A stretch of 64,000 bases of DNA from Bacteroidales bacterium (GCA_017380635.1 JAFODP010000015.1:6155-70154); one strand, 5' to 3'; positions 41,982 through 51,472 are shown, counted from the stretch's first letter. Numbers and translations: made by a program. Notes: generated by a model from the sequence alone, not told the origin.

Positions 41982-44894
41982 ATGGGAAAGGCTCCTGCTT
42001 GGGGTAAAATAGGACTGTGCTTGTTGTGCTTGGCTTTATTGATGCAGCCAAGCATGGCTTTTGCTCAATTCCATACTTCGGGCGACGATCCGGCAAGTTT
42101 GAAATGGTCGCAATTGCAAGTGGGCGCTTTCAATCTGATTTACCCGCGTCAGCAGGAATCATTGGCCTATCATTATGCGGCAAAGATACAGGCTGAAATG
42201 CCCAAGCCTTTGTCGGGTCTGCGAGCTGAATTGCCGCGACGTCCCATCCCGGTGCTTTTGCATGCCTATTCTGCCGATGCCAATGCGATGGTGGCCTGGC
42301 CGCCACGACGTATGGAGTTTTTTACCATTCCATCGCCCTCTTTGTCGTCTTCTTTGGATTGGGCGCGCACTTTGGTTTGGCACGAAGGACGTCATGTGGC
42401 GCAATATCAGCGATCTACCGAAGGTGTTTTCCGCGCGTTGCATTTCTTGATAGGGGAACAATCCGAAGGTTTGGCGGCTCTGTATTACGCTTCGCCCGGA
42501 TTTTACGAAGGCGATGCCGTTTTTGCAGAAAGTGTGTATAGCCACGAAGGACGCGGTCGTCAAGCGGAATTTCTTTTGCCTTATCGAGCTTATTTTGCCG
42601 ATTCCATCGACTTTTCTTACGATAAATGGCAGTTCGGGTCGTATAGGCATTACATTCCCAACGAATATGCTTTGGGTTATTTCAAACAGTCGGCGGGCTA
42701 TGCGCTCAATGCGGCCAAGCTGGATTATCCTTACGAAGCCAATGCAAAAGTGTACGACCATTTGAGCCGAGGCTTGTTTCAATATCGCAAGGCTTATACC
42801 AAGGCATTTGGTATGTATATGCGACAGATGTGGGCGGCTGGAAAGGCTTACTACGAAGAATATTGGCGCGAAGATAGTTCGCAACTTTTCGATCAAGCAA
42901 CACGTTATCAGCATCTTGTCGAGGAAAAAGATTACAACGACTATCGTTCTTCTGTGCTCTTGGACGATGGAAAAATGATTTTGCATAAAGCTACTTTGGG
43001 CAAGTCTCCTCGCATGATTTTGTTCGATCCGAGTACGCAGAGCAGTAGGACACTCTTTTTCACCGGCCGTGTGAATTCGCCTTTGCGTGCTAATCAGGAA
43101 TATGTGTATTGGACGGAAAATATTTCGCATCCGCGTTGGCAACATCAATCGTATTCGGTGCTTTGTGCTTATCCTTTGGCTGATACCTCACGTGTGAATG
43201 CGCGTTATAAGTATCTGACTACCCGCAGTTTATTCTTTCATCCATCGCCTTCGCCCGATGGCAGATTTCTGGCTTTGGTGGAAGCAGATATTTCGGCCAA
43301 AACGCGACTCCTGATTCTTCGCTTGTCCGATATGACGGTGATGCACAGTTTCAATATGCCGGCATACGATGTGCTGAAGGAAAGCGTTTGGTCGGACGAT
43401 GACAAGCTCTATTTCAGTGTGTTGAACGAAGAAGGTTTGCGCTTGGATGTGCTGGATCTGATCAGTGGAACCATTTCTCCTTGCTTACCTGCGCAGGCAC
43501 GCACTTTCCGTCATCTGAGTTATCACGATGGCTATCTGTATTTCGATGCCGATTTCGATGCCACGACGCAAATCTATCGTTATCAGCTGAAAAATGCCAC
43601 TTTGGAAAAACTTACACAGGCACGATTTGCGGCTTCGCAGGCCAAGCCAACGCAAGAGGCTTTGTATTTTCTCGATTACGATGCCAAGGGAAATATCCCC
43701 GCTTCCATGCCTTGGACGGATTTGCGTCCCGCACTTTCCGATGGAAGCTATAAAAATTTCCTCGTAGACGATTTGCTGGCGCAACAGCCTGTTGCCATGG
43801 ATACTACGGCGCTAGAAACTTACGAAATTTCGCAGCCCAAGCCTTACCACAAACTCACGCACTTGTTGCATTTCCATTCCTGGGCGCCTTTGTACTACGA
43901 TAAAGATCAATTGACGTCTTTCGATTTGAGTCATTATTACGAAACGGTGGCGCCAGGTTTGTCGTTGTTCACGCAGAACGATTTGGGAACGGCTTACGGA
44001 CAATTGGGCTATTCTTATCACGACGGTTATCATGCACTGCATGCGCGATTTACCTACAGCGGCTGGTATCCGATAGTCAGTTTGCAATTGGATTACAACG
44101 ATGAAAGCTCGTATCGTAGCATTGCGCGTAATGATACTTTGTTCCGTCATAGTCCCGCGCCTTCGCTGCAGGGACGATTGCTCGCTTATGTGCCGCTGCA
44201 ATATCGTCGTCAGGCTTGGACCACGCAAGTAGTGCCTTCGTTGCAATTTTATCTTGACAACAACCGTTGGTATTCAAAGCTGAGCAAACGCTACGAGTAC
44301 AGCAATTTCATGTTGTGGCAATTACAACTTTCAACGGCCAGAGACAAGGCCCAACGCGATATTAAATCGCCGCTCCATGCAGGCATGACCATGGGCGTGA
44401 TGCATCCACTGACGCGCGAACTCTATTACACGCCGCAATCTTTGTTTTCGCTGTATGGCGGAACGCATCTGGGGATACTTTCCAACGATGTGCTGTCGTA
44501 TAAATTTGCCGCGCAACGCTATTATCTCAACAGTACCACGCGCATGTTGATGCGGCCATTGTTGTCGTCGAGAGGATTTGAAGGCATTTATGCCAAGAAG
44601 ATGCGCTATCACGCGCTGGATTATACCTTTCCGCTAAATATGGATTTGTCCATTCCTAATATTGTGTATATCAAGCGATTGGAAACCACGCTCTTTGCCG
44701 AGATGCTGCATGCGCAACAATCTTTGGTGTCAAGAGACGAAGACAAAACCTATCGTGCCGTGGGCGTAGAAGCCTCATTCAATCTTTGTCCTCTGCGCAT
44801 CAATTTTGCCTTGAATATCGGTTTGCGTGCCACCTTGAGCGATGCGCCCGCTGGCAGCGGTGTCGAAATGGTGCTGAACGTTCCTTATCTGTAA
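41982..44894 (+). CDS. Large (970 aa) secreted protein: N-terminal gluzincin-like HExxH domain, TolB/PD40-like propeller region, beta-rich C-terminus
   Basis: Signal peptide (PSMAFAQ). WHEGRHVAQY (HExxH) is followed by FYEGDAVFAES, a Peptidase_MA_2-like third ligand region. FHPSPSPDGRFLALVEAD is a PD40-like repeat. The C-terminal third has alternating aromatic beta-strand patterns. Confidence 0.65.
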   Translation: MGKAPAWGKIGLCLLCLALLMQPSMAFAQFHTSGDDPASLKWSQLQVGAFNLIYPRQQESLAYHYAAKIQAEMPKPLSGLRAELPRRPIPVLLHAYSADANAMVAWPPRRMEFFTIPSPSLSSSLDWARTLVWHEGRHVAQYQRSTEGVFRALHFLIGEQSEGLAALYYASPGFYEGDAVFAESVYSHEGRGRQAEFLLPYRAYFADSIDFSYDKWQFGSYRHYIPNEYALGYFKQSAGYALNAAKLDYPYEANAKVYDHLSRGLFQYRKAYTKAFGMYMRQMWAAGKAYYEEYWREDSSQLFDQATRYQHLVEEKDYNDYRSSVLLDDGKMILHKATLGKSPRMILFDPSTQSSRTLFFTGRVNSPLRANQEYVYWTENISHPRWQHQSYSVLCAYPLADTSRVNARYKYLTTRSLFFHPSPSPDGRFLALVEADISAKTRLLILRLSDMTVMHSFNMPAYDVLKESVWSDDDKLYFSVLNEEGLRLDVLDLISGTISPCLPAQARTFRHLSYHDGYLYFDADFDATTQIYRYQLKNATLEKLTQARFAASQAKPTQEALYFLDYDAKGNIPASMPWTDLRPALSDGSYKNFLVDDLLAQQPVAMDTTALETYEISQPKPYHKLTHLLHFHSWAPLYYDKDQLTSFDLSHYYETVAPGLSLFTQNDLGTAYGQLGYSYHDGYHALHARFTYSGWYPIVSLQLDYNDESSYRSIARNDTLFRHSPAPSLQGRLLAYVPLQYRRQAWTTQVVPSLQFYLDNNRWYSKLSKRYEYSNFMLWQLQLSTARDKAQRDIKSPLHAGMTMGVMHPLTRELYYTPQSLFSLYGGTHLGILSNDVLSYKFAAQRYYLNSTTRMLMRPLLSSRGFEGIYAKKMRYHALDYTFPLNMDLSIPNIVYIKRLETTLFAEMLHAQQSLVSRDEDKTYRAVGVEASFNLCPLRINFALNIGLRATLSDAPAGSGVEMVLNVPYL

Positions 44895-44982
44895 ATTTCC
44901 TCCGAGAATAGTCTGTGATTTTCTTGAAAGATAGCTGCAAAAATGATAGCTTTGTGTTTGCTTTTGAGAGATATATAGATAA

Positions 44983-46860
44983 ATGAAAATCAATATTTTA
45001 CGAAAATTATTGCTGCTGATTTCTGTGTGGGTGTCCATCCATTCGATGGCGCAGAATATCAGTGTCAGCAGTTTTAGGTTGCTCGAGAACGATTTGACGG
45101 CCAATACTTACGGCACCATCGAGCGAGATCACAACGGCGAAGTGGCCGCATTGCTTAAAATTTCTACCACGGCGCAAGGCTTCAGTTTCGAGGCCGGCAT
45201 GGTGGGTGTGGTGAAAATTCAGCAGAAAGTAGGCGAGATTTGGGTGTATGTGCCGCACGGCATCAAGCGCTTGTCTATTTTTCATCAGCAGTTGGGAACG
45301 CTGCGCGATTATTATTTCCCCATTCCTATCGAAAAAGCCAGAACCTACGAAATGGTGCTCACCACCGGCCAGGTGGAAACCGTCGTGAATCATACTTTGG
45401 CTAAGCAAACCGTTGTTTTTCAGGTAGAACCGGCCAACGCAATTGTCGAAGTAGACGATAAACTGCTTTTGGTGGACGAAACCGGTATTGCGTCGGATAT
45501 TCTGCCTTATGGCCGTTATACCTATCGTGTTTCTTGTGAAAATTATCATAGCGAAGTGGGCGTGCTCGAATTGAATTCCGGCTCGAAAGTGGTGAAACAA
45601 ATTCAGTTGAAGCCCAATTTCGGTTGGTTGCAGATTAATGCTTCCGACGAATTCCAAGGCGCTTATGTCTTTCTGAATCAACAACGTTTGGGTCAGGCTC
45701 CGCTCAGAACCGAGGCTTTGAAAAGCGGTAGTTATCAGCTGCGCGTCATGAAGCCGATGTACAAGAATTTCGAACAGAACATCCTTATCAACGACAATCA
45801 GGAAACCATTGTCGATTTGCAGATGCAGCCCAATTTTGCCCAAGTGACGCTGCTTTGCGAAGATAGCGAGGCCGAGATTTGGGTGGACGAACAATTCAAA
45901 GGCAAGGGCCGTTGCAGCTTGACGCTCGAAATGGGTCAATACAAGGCGGAAAGCCGTCGCGCTTCGCATAAAGCCACCACGCAATTGTTGCAGATTAGCT
46001 CTCCTGTCGATCAGGAAATTACGCTCAAAGCGCCGGTGCCTTTGTACGCTTCTATGGAAATTAAATCGACGCCGGCCTTGGCCAATGTCTATATCGACGA
46101 TCAATTAATGGGCGAGACGCCTTTGGTGCTGAACAATATTCTGGTGGGCGAACACGCTTTGCGTCTTGAAAAGCCCGGTTATCTGAATTATTCGCAAAAC
46201 ATCAGCCTGCGTCATGGCGACAATTTCCAACTGAGTCAAAGCCTGCAAGCCGATGCTTCGAAAAGTGCTGCACAAGCCGACGCTTCGAAAAAGCCGACGC
46301 AAACCAAACCTTCTTCGCTGACGGAAACATCTTTGCCCAAGGTGCAAACGCCCACCGTGCAAGCCAAGCCGGAAAAGCCCGCCAAGCCTATCAGGTTCGC
46401 GGAAGCTAAAGCCGACAAAACGCCCAAACTTCGTCCAAATAAAGTGCCTTACTATCGCGATTTGTCGCTCTATGCTATGGCCAATGGTGGTTTGGAATGT
46501 TTTTACTCCAGCGGATTTGGCAATGTGGGTGTGGGTGCTTATTACAAAGGTATCAACGTAGAATATAGCTATGGTTATTATGATACGCCCATTAAGGTAG
46601 ATTATCGTTTTACTTTGGGTTATGCCTTGCCTTTGGGTAAATCATTCATGTTGACCCCGCAAGTGTCTTATGCCGTTTTTTCTGCCATCGATTACGATCG
46701 TGGTGGCTATTCCGTGCAAGATATGTCGTGGATGTTAGGCGCTCGTGTGCAAGCTTGTATCAATAAAAATTGGGCCCTTAGCTTCTCGAGCGATTATTCC
46801 TTCAACCACAAACTGCACATGACGATGGGTTTGGTGTATAATATTCCTCTGAAAAAATAA
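44983..46860 (+). CDS. PEGA-domain protein with a Pro/Thr/Lys/Ala-rich linker and a C-terminal OMP-like beta-barrel
   Basis: Signal peptide present. PEGA units include IKSTPALANVYIDDQLMGETPLVLNNILVGEHALRLEKPGYLN. The linker is QADASKSAAQADASKKPTQTKP...KPEKPAKP. The C-terminus alternates aromatic strands and ends GLVYNIPLKK. Confidence 0.8.
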   Translation: MKINILRKLLLLISVWVSIHSMAQNISVSSFRLLENDLTANTYGTIERDHNGEVAALLKISTTAQGFSFEAGMVGVVKIQQKVGEIWVYVPHGIKRLSIFHQQLGTLRDYYFPIPIEKARTYEMVLTTGQVETVVNHTLAKQTVVFQVEPANAIVEVDDKLLLVDETGIASDILPYGRYTYRVSCENYHSEVGVLELNSGSKVVKQIQLKPNFGWLQINASDEFQGAYVFLNQQRLGQAPLRTEALKSGSYQLRVMKPMYKNFEQNILINDNQETIVDLQMQPNFAQVTLLCEDSEAEIWVDEQFKGKGRCSLTLEMGQYKAESRRASHKATTQLLQISSPVDQEITLKAPVPLYASMEIKSTPALANVYIDDQLMGETPLVLNNILVGEHALRLEKPGYLNYSQNISLRHGDNFQLSQSLQADASKSAAQADASKKPTQTKPSSLTETSLPKVQTPTVQAKPEKPAKPIRFAEAKADKTPKLRPNKVPYYRDLSLYAMANGGLECFYSSGFGNVGVGAYYKGINVEYSYGYYDTPIKVDYRFTLGYALPLGKSFMLTPQVSYAVFSAIDYDRGGYSVQDMSWMLGARVQACINKNWALSFSSDYSFNHKLHMTMGLVYNIPLKK

Positions 46861-46867
46861 CGAAACA

Positions 46868-49301
46868 ATGGCAATGTCGATACGAAAATATATCTATGCA
46901 TCTTTGGCGCTTATCTGCCTGATGTGCTCTTGCGACCCTTGGTTGGTGCCGCCCGTCAAAATAACTTACGAGGAAGATGCCAACGGACACAAATATGTAG
47001 ATTTAGGACTCTCGGTAAAATGGGCTGCCTACGATATCGGTGCCAATAGTGCCACCGAACTTGGCGACTTTTTTGCTTGGGGTGAAACCCAGCCTAAAAA
47101 GGACTATTCTTGGGATACTTATAAGTTTGCAGTGACTTACAAATCGCCTGAATCCGCCACCAGGAGCTTTGATAACGGATATGGTAAAGAATACGAATTG
47201 ACCAAATATAATCTAGACCCCAACAGCGAATATTACGATGGCAAAAACACCCTCGACTTGATAGACGATGCGGCCCACATGGCTTGGGGTGGCAATTGGC
47301 GTATGCCTACGAAAGCTGAATGTGAGGAATTGCTTGAAAAATGCGAATGGACCCGGACCGAATATTTAGGCGTGTACGGATACGATGTGAAAGGTCCCAA
47401 CGGCAACCGTATGTTTTTGCCGCATTATAAGGAAGTGAGTGATATGCTTTCAGATAGATGGTTTTATCGCTGGTCGAGCAATTGCCTAAATAACAATGAC
47501 ACATATTACAATCCAGAGGAATTTGCCTACACGATGTCTGAAAGTGGATTTGGAGAGGCGCATCGTTCTTTTGGTCTTTTCGTGCGCGCCGTGTACGATA
47601 AGTCGCTGCCCAAGTACTCCGTCCTTACGTTCGATGCCAACGGCGGTGAAGGCTTGATGCATCCGCAGCAATTCAACAAGGGCGTTTCGCAAAGTATTAA
47701 TGCTGTACGTTTCACCCACGAATCTTTGAATTTTGCCGGCTGGAACACCGCGCCCGACGGAAGCGGCACTTCTTATACAGATAAGCAGTCGATAACCTTG
47801 ACGCAAGATATCACGCTCTATGCGCAGTGGGCGCTTGCCAATGGCGAAGAGAATGGTTATGGCTACGTAGATCTCGGCCTTCCCCGCGGAACCAAATGGG
47901 CTATCTACAATGTGGGCACCACCTCTCCCGAAGGCTATGGGGATTACTTCGCCTGGGGCGAAACGAGCCCGAAAGATAACTACGATTGGAGTACCTATAA
48001 ATATTGCAAGGGCTCGGAAAATACGAAAACCAAGTACTACATACAGAACGACTTGGGCAGGGGGGGACGAAAAAACCACCCTCGATTTTACCGACGATGC
48101 CGCCCGCGTGAACTGGGGCGGCAAATGGCGCATGCCGACATACACAGAAATAGAAGAGTTGATCGATCATTGTTCTTGGGTATGGACTACGCAAAACGGA
48201 GCAAATGGCTATTTGGTAACAAGCAAGAAAAACGCCAACAAGCTATTTTTGCCTGCGGCCGGTTATCGCAATGGTACTTCTGTCAACTATGTCGGTTCCG
48301 AGGGATACTATTGGTCGAACTTGCTCGAAGTGAGCTATCCGAACGACGCTCGCTTCTTGTACTTCTATTCGAGCGACGTGGGCTATGGCTGCTACGGTCG
48401 CCACTACGGTTTCACGGTTCGCGCTGTGTTCTCCGATAATGATAAGCCCTCCACTTTCGTGACCCTTACTTTCGATCCTAACGGCGGCGAGGGAACTATG
48501 TCTGCGCAACTTTTCGAAGCCGGTGTTACGCAAACTTTGGCTGCCAACAAATTCACTCGCTCCGGTTACTATTTTTCCGTCTGGAATACCGCGCCCGACG
48601 GCAGCGGCACCTCCTACACTGATAGCCAAGAAATCACTTTGACGGAAGATGTCACGCTTTATGCGCAGTGGAAACAAGTAAAAGGAATTGAAAACGGCTA
48701 CGAATGGGTGGATCTTGGCCTGCCCAGCGGTCTGAAATGGGCCACTTGCAATATTGGCGCTACCACCCCAGAAGGCTACGGTGATTACTTCGCATGGGGC
48801 GAAATCGCACCGAAAGAGGATTATTCTTCTTATTGGGAAACGTATAAGTATTGCAATGGCTCAGAAACTTCATTGACCAAATATTGCAACAACAGCAGTT
48901 ACGGATACAATGGCTTCACCGATAACAAAACCACCCTCGACCTCTCCGACGATGCCGCCCGAGCCAATTGGGGCGGCAAGTGGCGTATGCCAACCCAAGC
49001 CGAATACGATGAACTAATAAACAACTGCACTTGGACTCGGACCACCCAAAGCGGAGTAAATGGATATAGCGTAACAAGCAAAACCAACGGAAACAGTATA
49101 TTCCTGCCTGCGGCCGGCTACCGCAGTGATACTTCAGTCTACGGTGTCGGTTTCTGCGGCTACTATTGGTCGAGTTCACTCTACGAGAGCGATCCGGACT
49201 TCGTGTACAACTTGATGAGCCTCTATTCGGACAGTGTTGTGCTCTTGCACTGCGGCGGCCCCCGCTACGGCGGTCAGACCGTTCGCGCAGTCTGCCCGTA
49301 G
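46868..49301 (+). pseudogene. Tri-modular FISUMP (Fibrobacter succinogenes major paralogous) domain lipoprotein with two Listeria/Bacteroides repeat domains, split by a frameshift at a G7 tract
   Basis: Lipobox CLMCSC. Three modules of the form YVDLGL..KWA..N.G...PE..GD.FAWGE...K..Y.W..YK...DDAA...WGG.WRMPT..E..EL...C.W......GV.GY.V......FLPAAGYR. Two TFD.NGGEG...F.GWNTAPDGSGTSYTD...TL..D.TLYAQW repeats. The reading frame passes from ORF 46868..48439 to ORF 47910..49301 at 48060-48066. Confidence 0.75.
48060..48066 (+). repeat. Homopolymeric G7 tract followed by A6 (48070-48075) at the frameshift point
   Basis: Counted directly: ...ttgggcaGGGGGGGacgAAAAAAcc.... With G6 the two frames join as ...NDLGRGDEKTTLDFTDDAARVNWGGKWRMPT. 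Confidence 0.9.
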
Positions 49302-49490
49302 CCCGCGCGAGGCCGAAAGGCAGAGCGCCGGGCGTTTTGCCGGAATTTATCCCAAATAAGTGCACGCAACACTTGCAAACGCGAGCGGGCAGCCGAGCCT
49401 GCGAGCGTGCGGCTTGCTCATACAGCCTACACTCAAACGAAATGCCTTGTTCAGAATTTTGCTCCCATTCGTTCGTAATCTGAAGGAACT

Positions 49491-50120
49491 TTACAAGTAG
49501 GGATTTTCCAGTTTTTCTTGGCCGATGCTTGTGCTCGGGCCGTGTCCGCAATAGACAATGGTGTCGTGGGGCAAAGCGAGTAATTTGACGCGAATGCTTT
49601 CGATAAGTTGTGCGTAGTCGCCGCCCTCCAGGTCGGTGCGGCCAATGCTTCCGGCAAAGAGGCTGTCGCCGGCAAAAAGCACTTTTTCTTCCGGAAAATA
49701 AAAAGCCAATCCACCTTGCGAATGCCCGGGCACTTCCAGTACTTGTGCTTGCAGATTTCCCGATATCAAACTATCGCCTTCGTATAAATGCTTCATTTTG
49801 TTGGGGATAGATACGCCATTTATGCCGAAATAAGCGGCATAAGCCGGCAGTTGAGCCAACCAACTTTCGTCTGCTGCGTGGGCGAAAACATCGCAATGAA
49901 AAGCTTCGGCCGCCATGTGTGCGCCGAAAATATGATCGAAATGCAAGTGCGTACAAAGGATTTTATCCACCTGTAAATCTTCGCTCAGCAAAAACTGTTT
50001 AAGGCGCGAAAATTCCTGTTCGTTGCAGAAAGTTGGGTCGATAATCCAGGCATGCGGATGTTCGTAAACTACATAACAATTGGTACTCAGTGGATTAAAA
50101 GCGAAAGTCTTGATTTTCAT
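49491..50120 (-). CDS. MBL-fold metallo-hydrolase (glyoxalase II-like)
   Basis: I set the start at MKIKTFAFNPLSTNCYVV. The HxHxDH motif THLHFDH is present, along with ...VPGHSQGG and GDSLFAGSIGRTDL. The longer track ORF (to 50240) reads through the tandem repeat and I consider it spurious. Confidence 0.85.
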   Translation of the reverse strand: MKIKTFAFNPLSTNCYVVYEHPHAWIIDPTFCNEQEFSRLKQFLLSEDLQVDKILCTHLHFDHIFGAHMAAEAFHCDVFAHAADESWLAQLPAYAAYFGINGVSIPNKMKHLYEGDSLISGNLQAQVLEVPGHSQGGLAFYFPEEKVLFAGDSLFAGSIGRTDLEGGDYAQLIESIRVKLLALPHDTIVYCGHGPSTSIGQEKLENPYL

Positions 50121-50162
50121 AAGCATCTTTTTAGCGGCCCTAAAGGTAATGGCTTGGCCTGT

Positions 50163-50271
50163 GAATCGCAAATCTTTGGCAGGCTGAATCGCAAATCTTT
50201 GGCAGGCTGAATCGCAAATCTTTGGCAGGTCGAATCGCAAATCTTTGGCAGGCCGAATCGCAAATCCATGG
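50163..50271. repeat. 23-bp tandem repeat GAATCGCAAATCTTTGGCAGGYY, 4 full copies plus one partial
   Basis: Copy starts are at 50163, 50186, 50209, 50232 and 50255. Only the last two bases of the unit vary (CT, CT, TC, CC). The fifth copy diverges after GAATCGCAAATC. Confidence 0.9.
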
Positions 50272-50459
50272 ATATCGCTCTACCGAGAATATTACAAAAT
50301 ATCCTTGAGAGAATCGAAATTCGGCAAACTTTAGCGCGCCATTATAAACTCAGAGTGCAAAATCCAAACGCAGAGTAAAGATTATGAATTGAAAGTGGTG
50401 ATTGTTTGTGTGCAAGTTTCAGTAGATTTGTTTCATGAATTAATGAAAACATTGGAACG

Positions 50460-50783
50460 ATGAACAAAAACATTGGTCTTAAACTTAGAACTCTACGCTT
50501 GAAAAGGGGATTGTCGCAGCAGAATGTGGCGGACGATTTGGGTTTATCTGCAACGGCATATTCCAAAATTGAAAATGGAAGAACGAATATTTCCGTGAGA
50601 CGTCTGCATCAATTGGCCGATTATTTTTATGTGTTTACAGCCGATTTTTTGGATCCACGAAGAGAACTACCCCGATATATTAATGAGGTGGACGAACTTA
50701 CCGAGAAAGAACATCAGTATCTTAATCAGTATTTTGCAGGCATCTTAAGTAGTGTACAGGAAGTTTACAGAAGGGGCAAGTAA
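50460..50783 (+). CDS. XRE-family helix-turn-helix transcriptional regulator
   Basis: LRTLRLKRGLSQQNVADDLGLSATAYSKIENGRTNISVRRLHQLADYF is a canonical HTH_3 domain. The 3' end overlaps the convergent rsmG by 19 nt. Confidence 0.85.
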   Translation: MNKNIGLKLRTLRLKRGLSQQNVADDLGLSATAYSKIENGRTNISVRRLHQLADYFYVFTADFLDPRRELPRYINEVDELTEKEHQYLNQYFAGILSSVQEVYRRGK

Positions 50784-51388
50784 ACCACTTTTTTGGTTTC
50801 GAAAAATTCTTCCTCGAAATAGTCGGACAAAGCATGAAGCATGGCCTTGTTTTTGAAAGCTTGCATTTCTGCCGACAATTCTCCGCCTTTCAAGCAAATG
50901 ATACCGTTGGGAAGCGCATTCTGTTGGACCGGCGTAATGTTTTTGCGGCAAAGACGAGCCAAATCGCCCAAAGGCATGACGGCGCGACTTACCACAAAGT
51001 CGAATTTTCTTTTTTCGTCTTCCACTCTGGAATGGCAGAATTCCACATTCCGGAGCTTGATTTGTTGGGCAACGTCGCTGGCCGCTTTCAGTTTTTTACC
51101 GATGCTGTCGAGCAAAAGAAACTGGCACTGAGGAAACAAAATGGCCAAAGGAATACCGGGGAAACCGCCGCCCGTACCCACATCCATGATGCGGCTGCCA
51201 TCCTTGAATCGCAAAATTTTGGCAATACCCAGTGAGTGCAGGATATGATGTTCGTATAAATGTTCGATGTCCTTGCGCGAAATCAAATTGATCTTGGCAT
51301 TCCAATCGGTGTACAAGTCGCCCAAAGCGGCAAATTGAGCTATCTGTTCCTGGCTCAAATCGGGAAAATATTTCTGAATAATCTGCAT
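50765..51388 (-). CDS. rsmG: 16S rRNA (guanine527-N7)-methyltransferase
   Basis: 207 aa. NLISRKDIEHLYEHHILHSL and DVGTGGGFPGIPLAILFP are GidB/RsmG motifs. Confidence 0.93.
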   Translation of the reverse strand: MQIIQKYFPDLSQEQIAQFAALGDLYTDWNAKINLISRKDIEHLYEHHILHSLGIAKILRFKDGSRIMDVGTGGGFPGIPLAILFPQCQFLLLDSIGKKLKAASDVAQQIKLRNVEFCHSRVEDEKRKFDFVVSRAVMPLGDLARLCRKNITPVQQNALPNGIICLKGGELSAEMQAFKNKAMLHALSDYFEEEFFETKKVVYLPLL

Positions 51389-51472
51389 CCTAACTAAAGA
51401 AAATGGTAATTTTGTGCGGCAGTGCCTATCGGGCGCGAAGTTACAGGATTTTTAGCAAAATTGCAGCAGACT

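Noticed and set aside
38234-46104. Long minus-strand ORFs (281, 267, 408, 329 and 365 aa) opposite galU, GH43, CE12, the 970-aa gene and the PEGA gene; similar plus-strand ORFs lie opposite lysS, purA, pgi and hisS (55894-62473)
   Set aside because: All are fully nested antisense to genes with clear family motifs, and none shows a motif, signal peptide or promoter box of its own.
46868-49301. Diversity-generating retroelement target (the three similar FISUMP/C-type-lectin-like modules)
   Set aside because: There is no reverse transcriptase gene, no template repeat, and no adenine-specific mismatch pattern between the modules. The modules differ throughout, as ordinary diverged paralogous domains do.
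29848-49301. Canonical polysaccharide utilisation locus (PUL)
   Set aside because: No SusC-like TonB-dependent transporter, no SusD-like lipoprotein and no hybrid two-component or ECF/anti-sigma sensor is encoded anywhere in the window. The region is therefore described as non-canonical rather than as a PUL.
50121-50240. N-terminal extension of the MBL hydrolase ORF (track start 50240)
   Set aside because: The extension is a translation of the 23-bp tandem repeat. The MBL fold begins at MKIKTFAF... (ATG at 50120), the usual start for this family.
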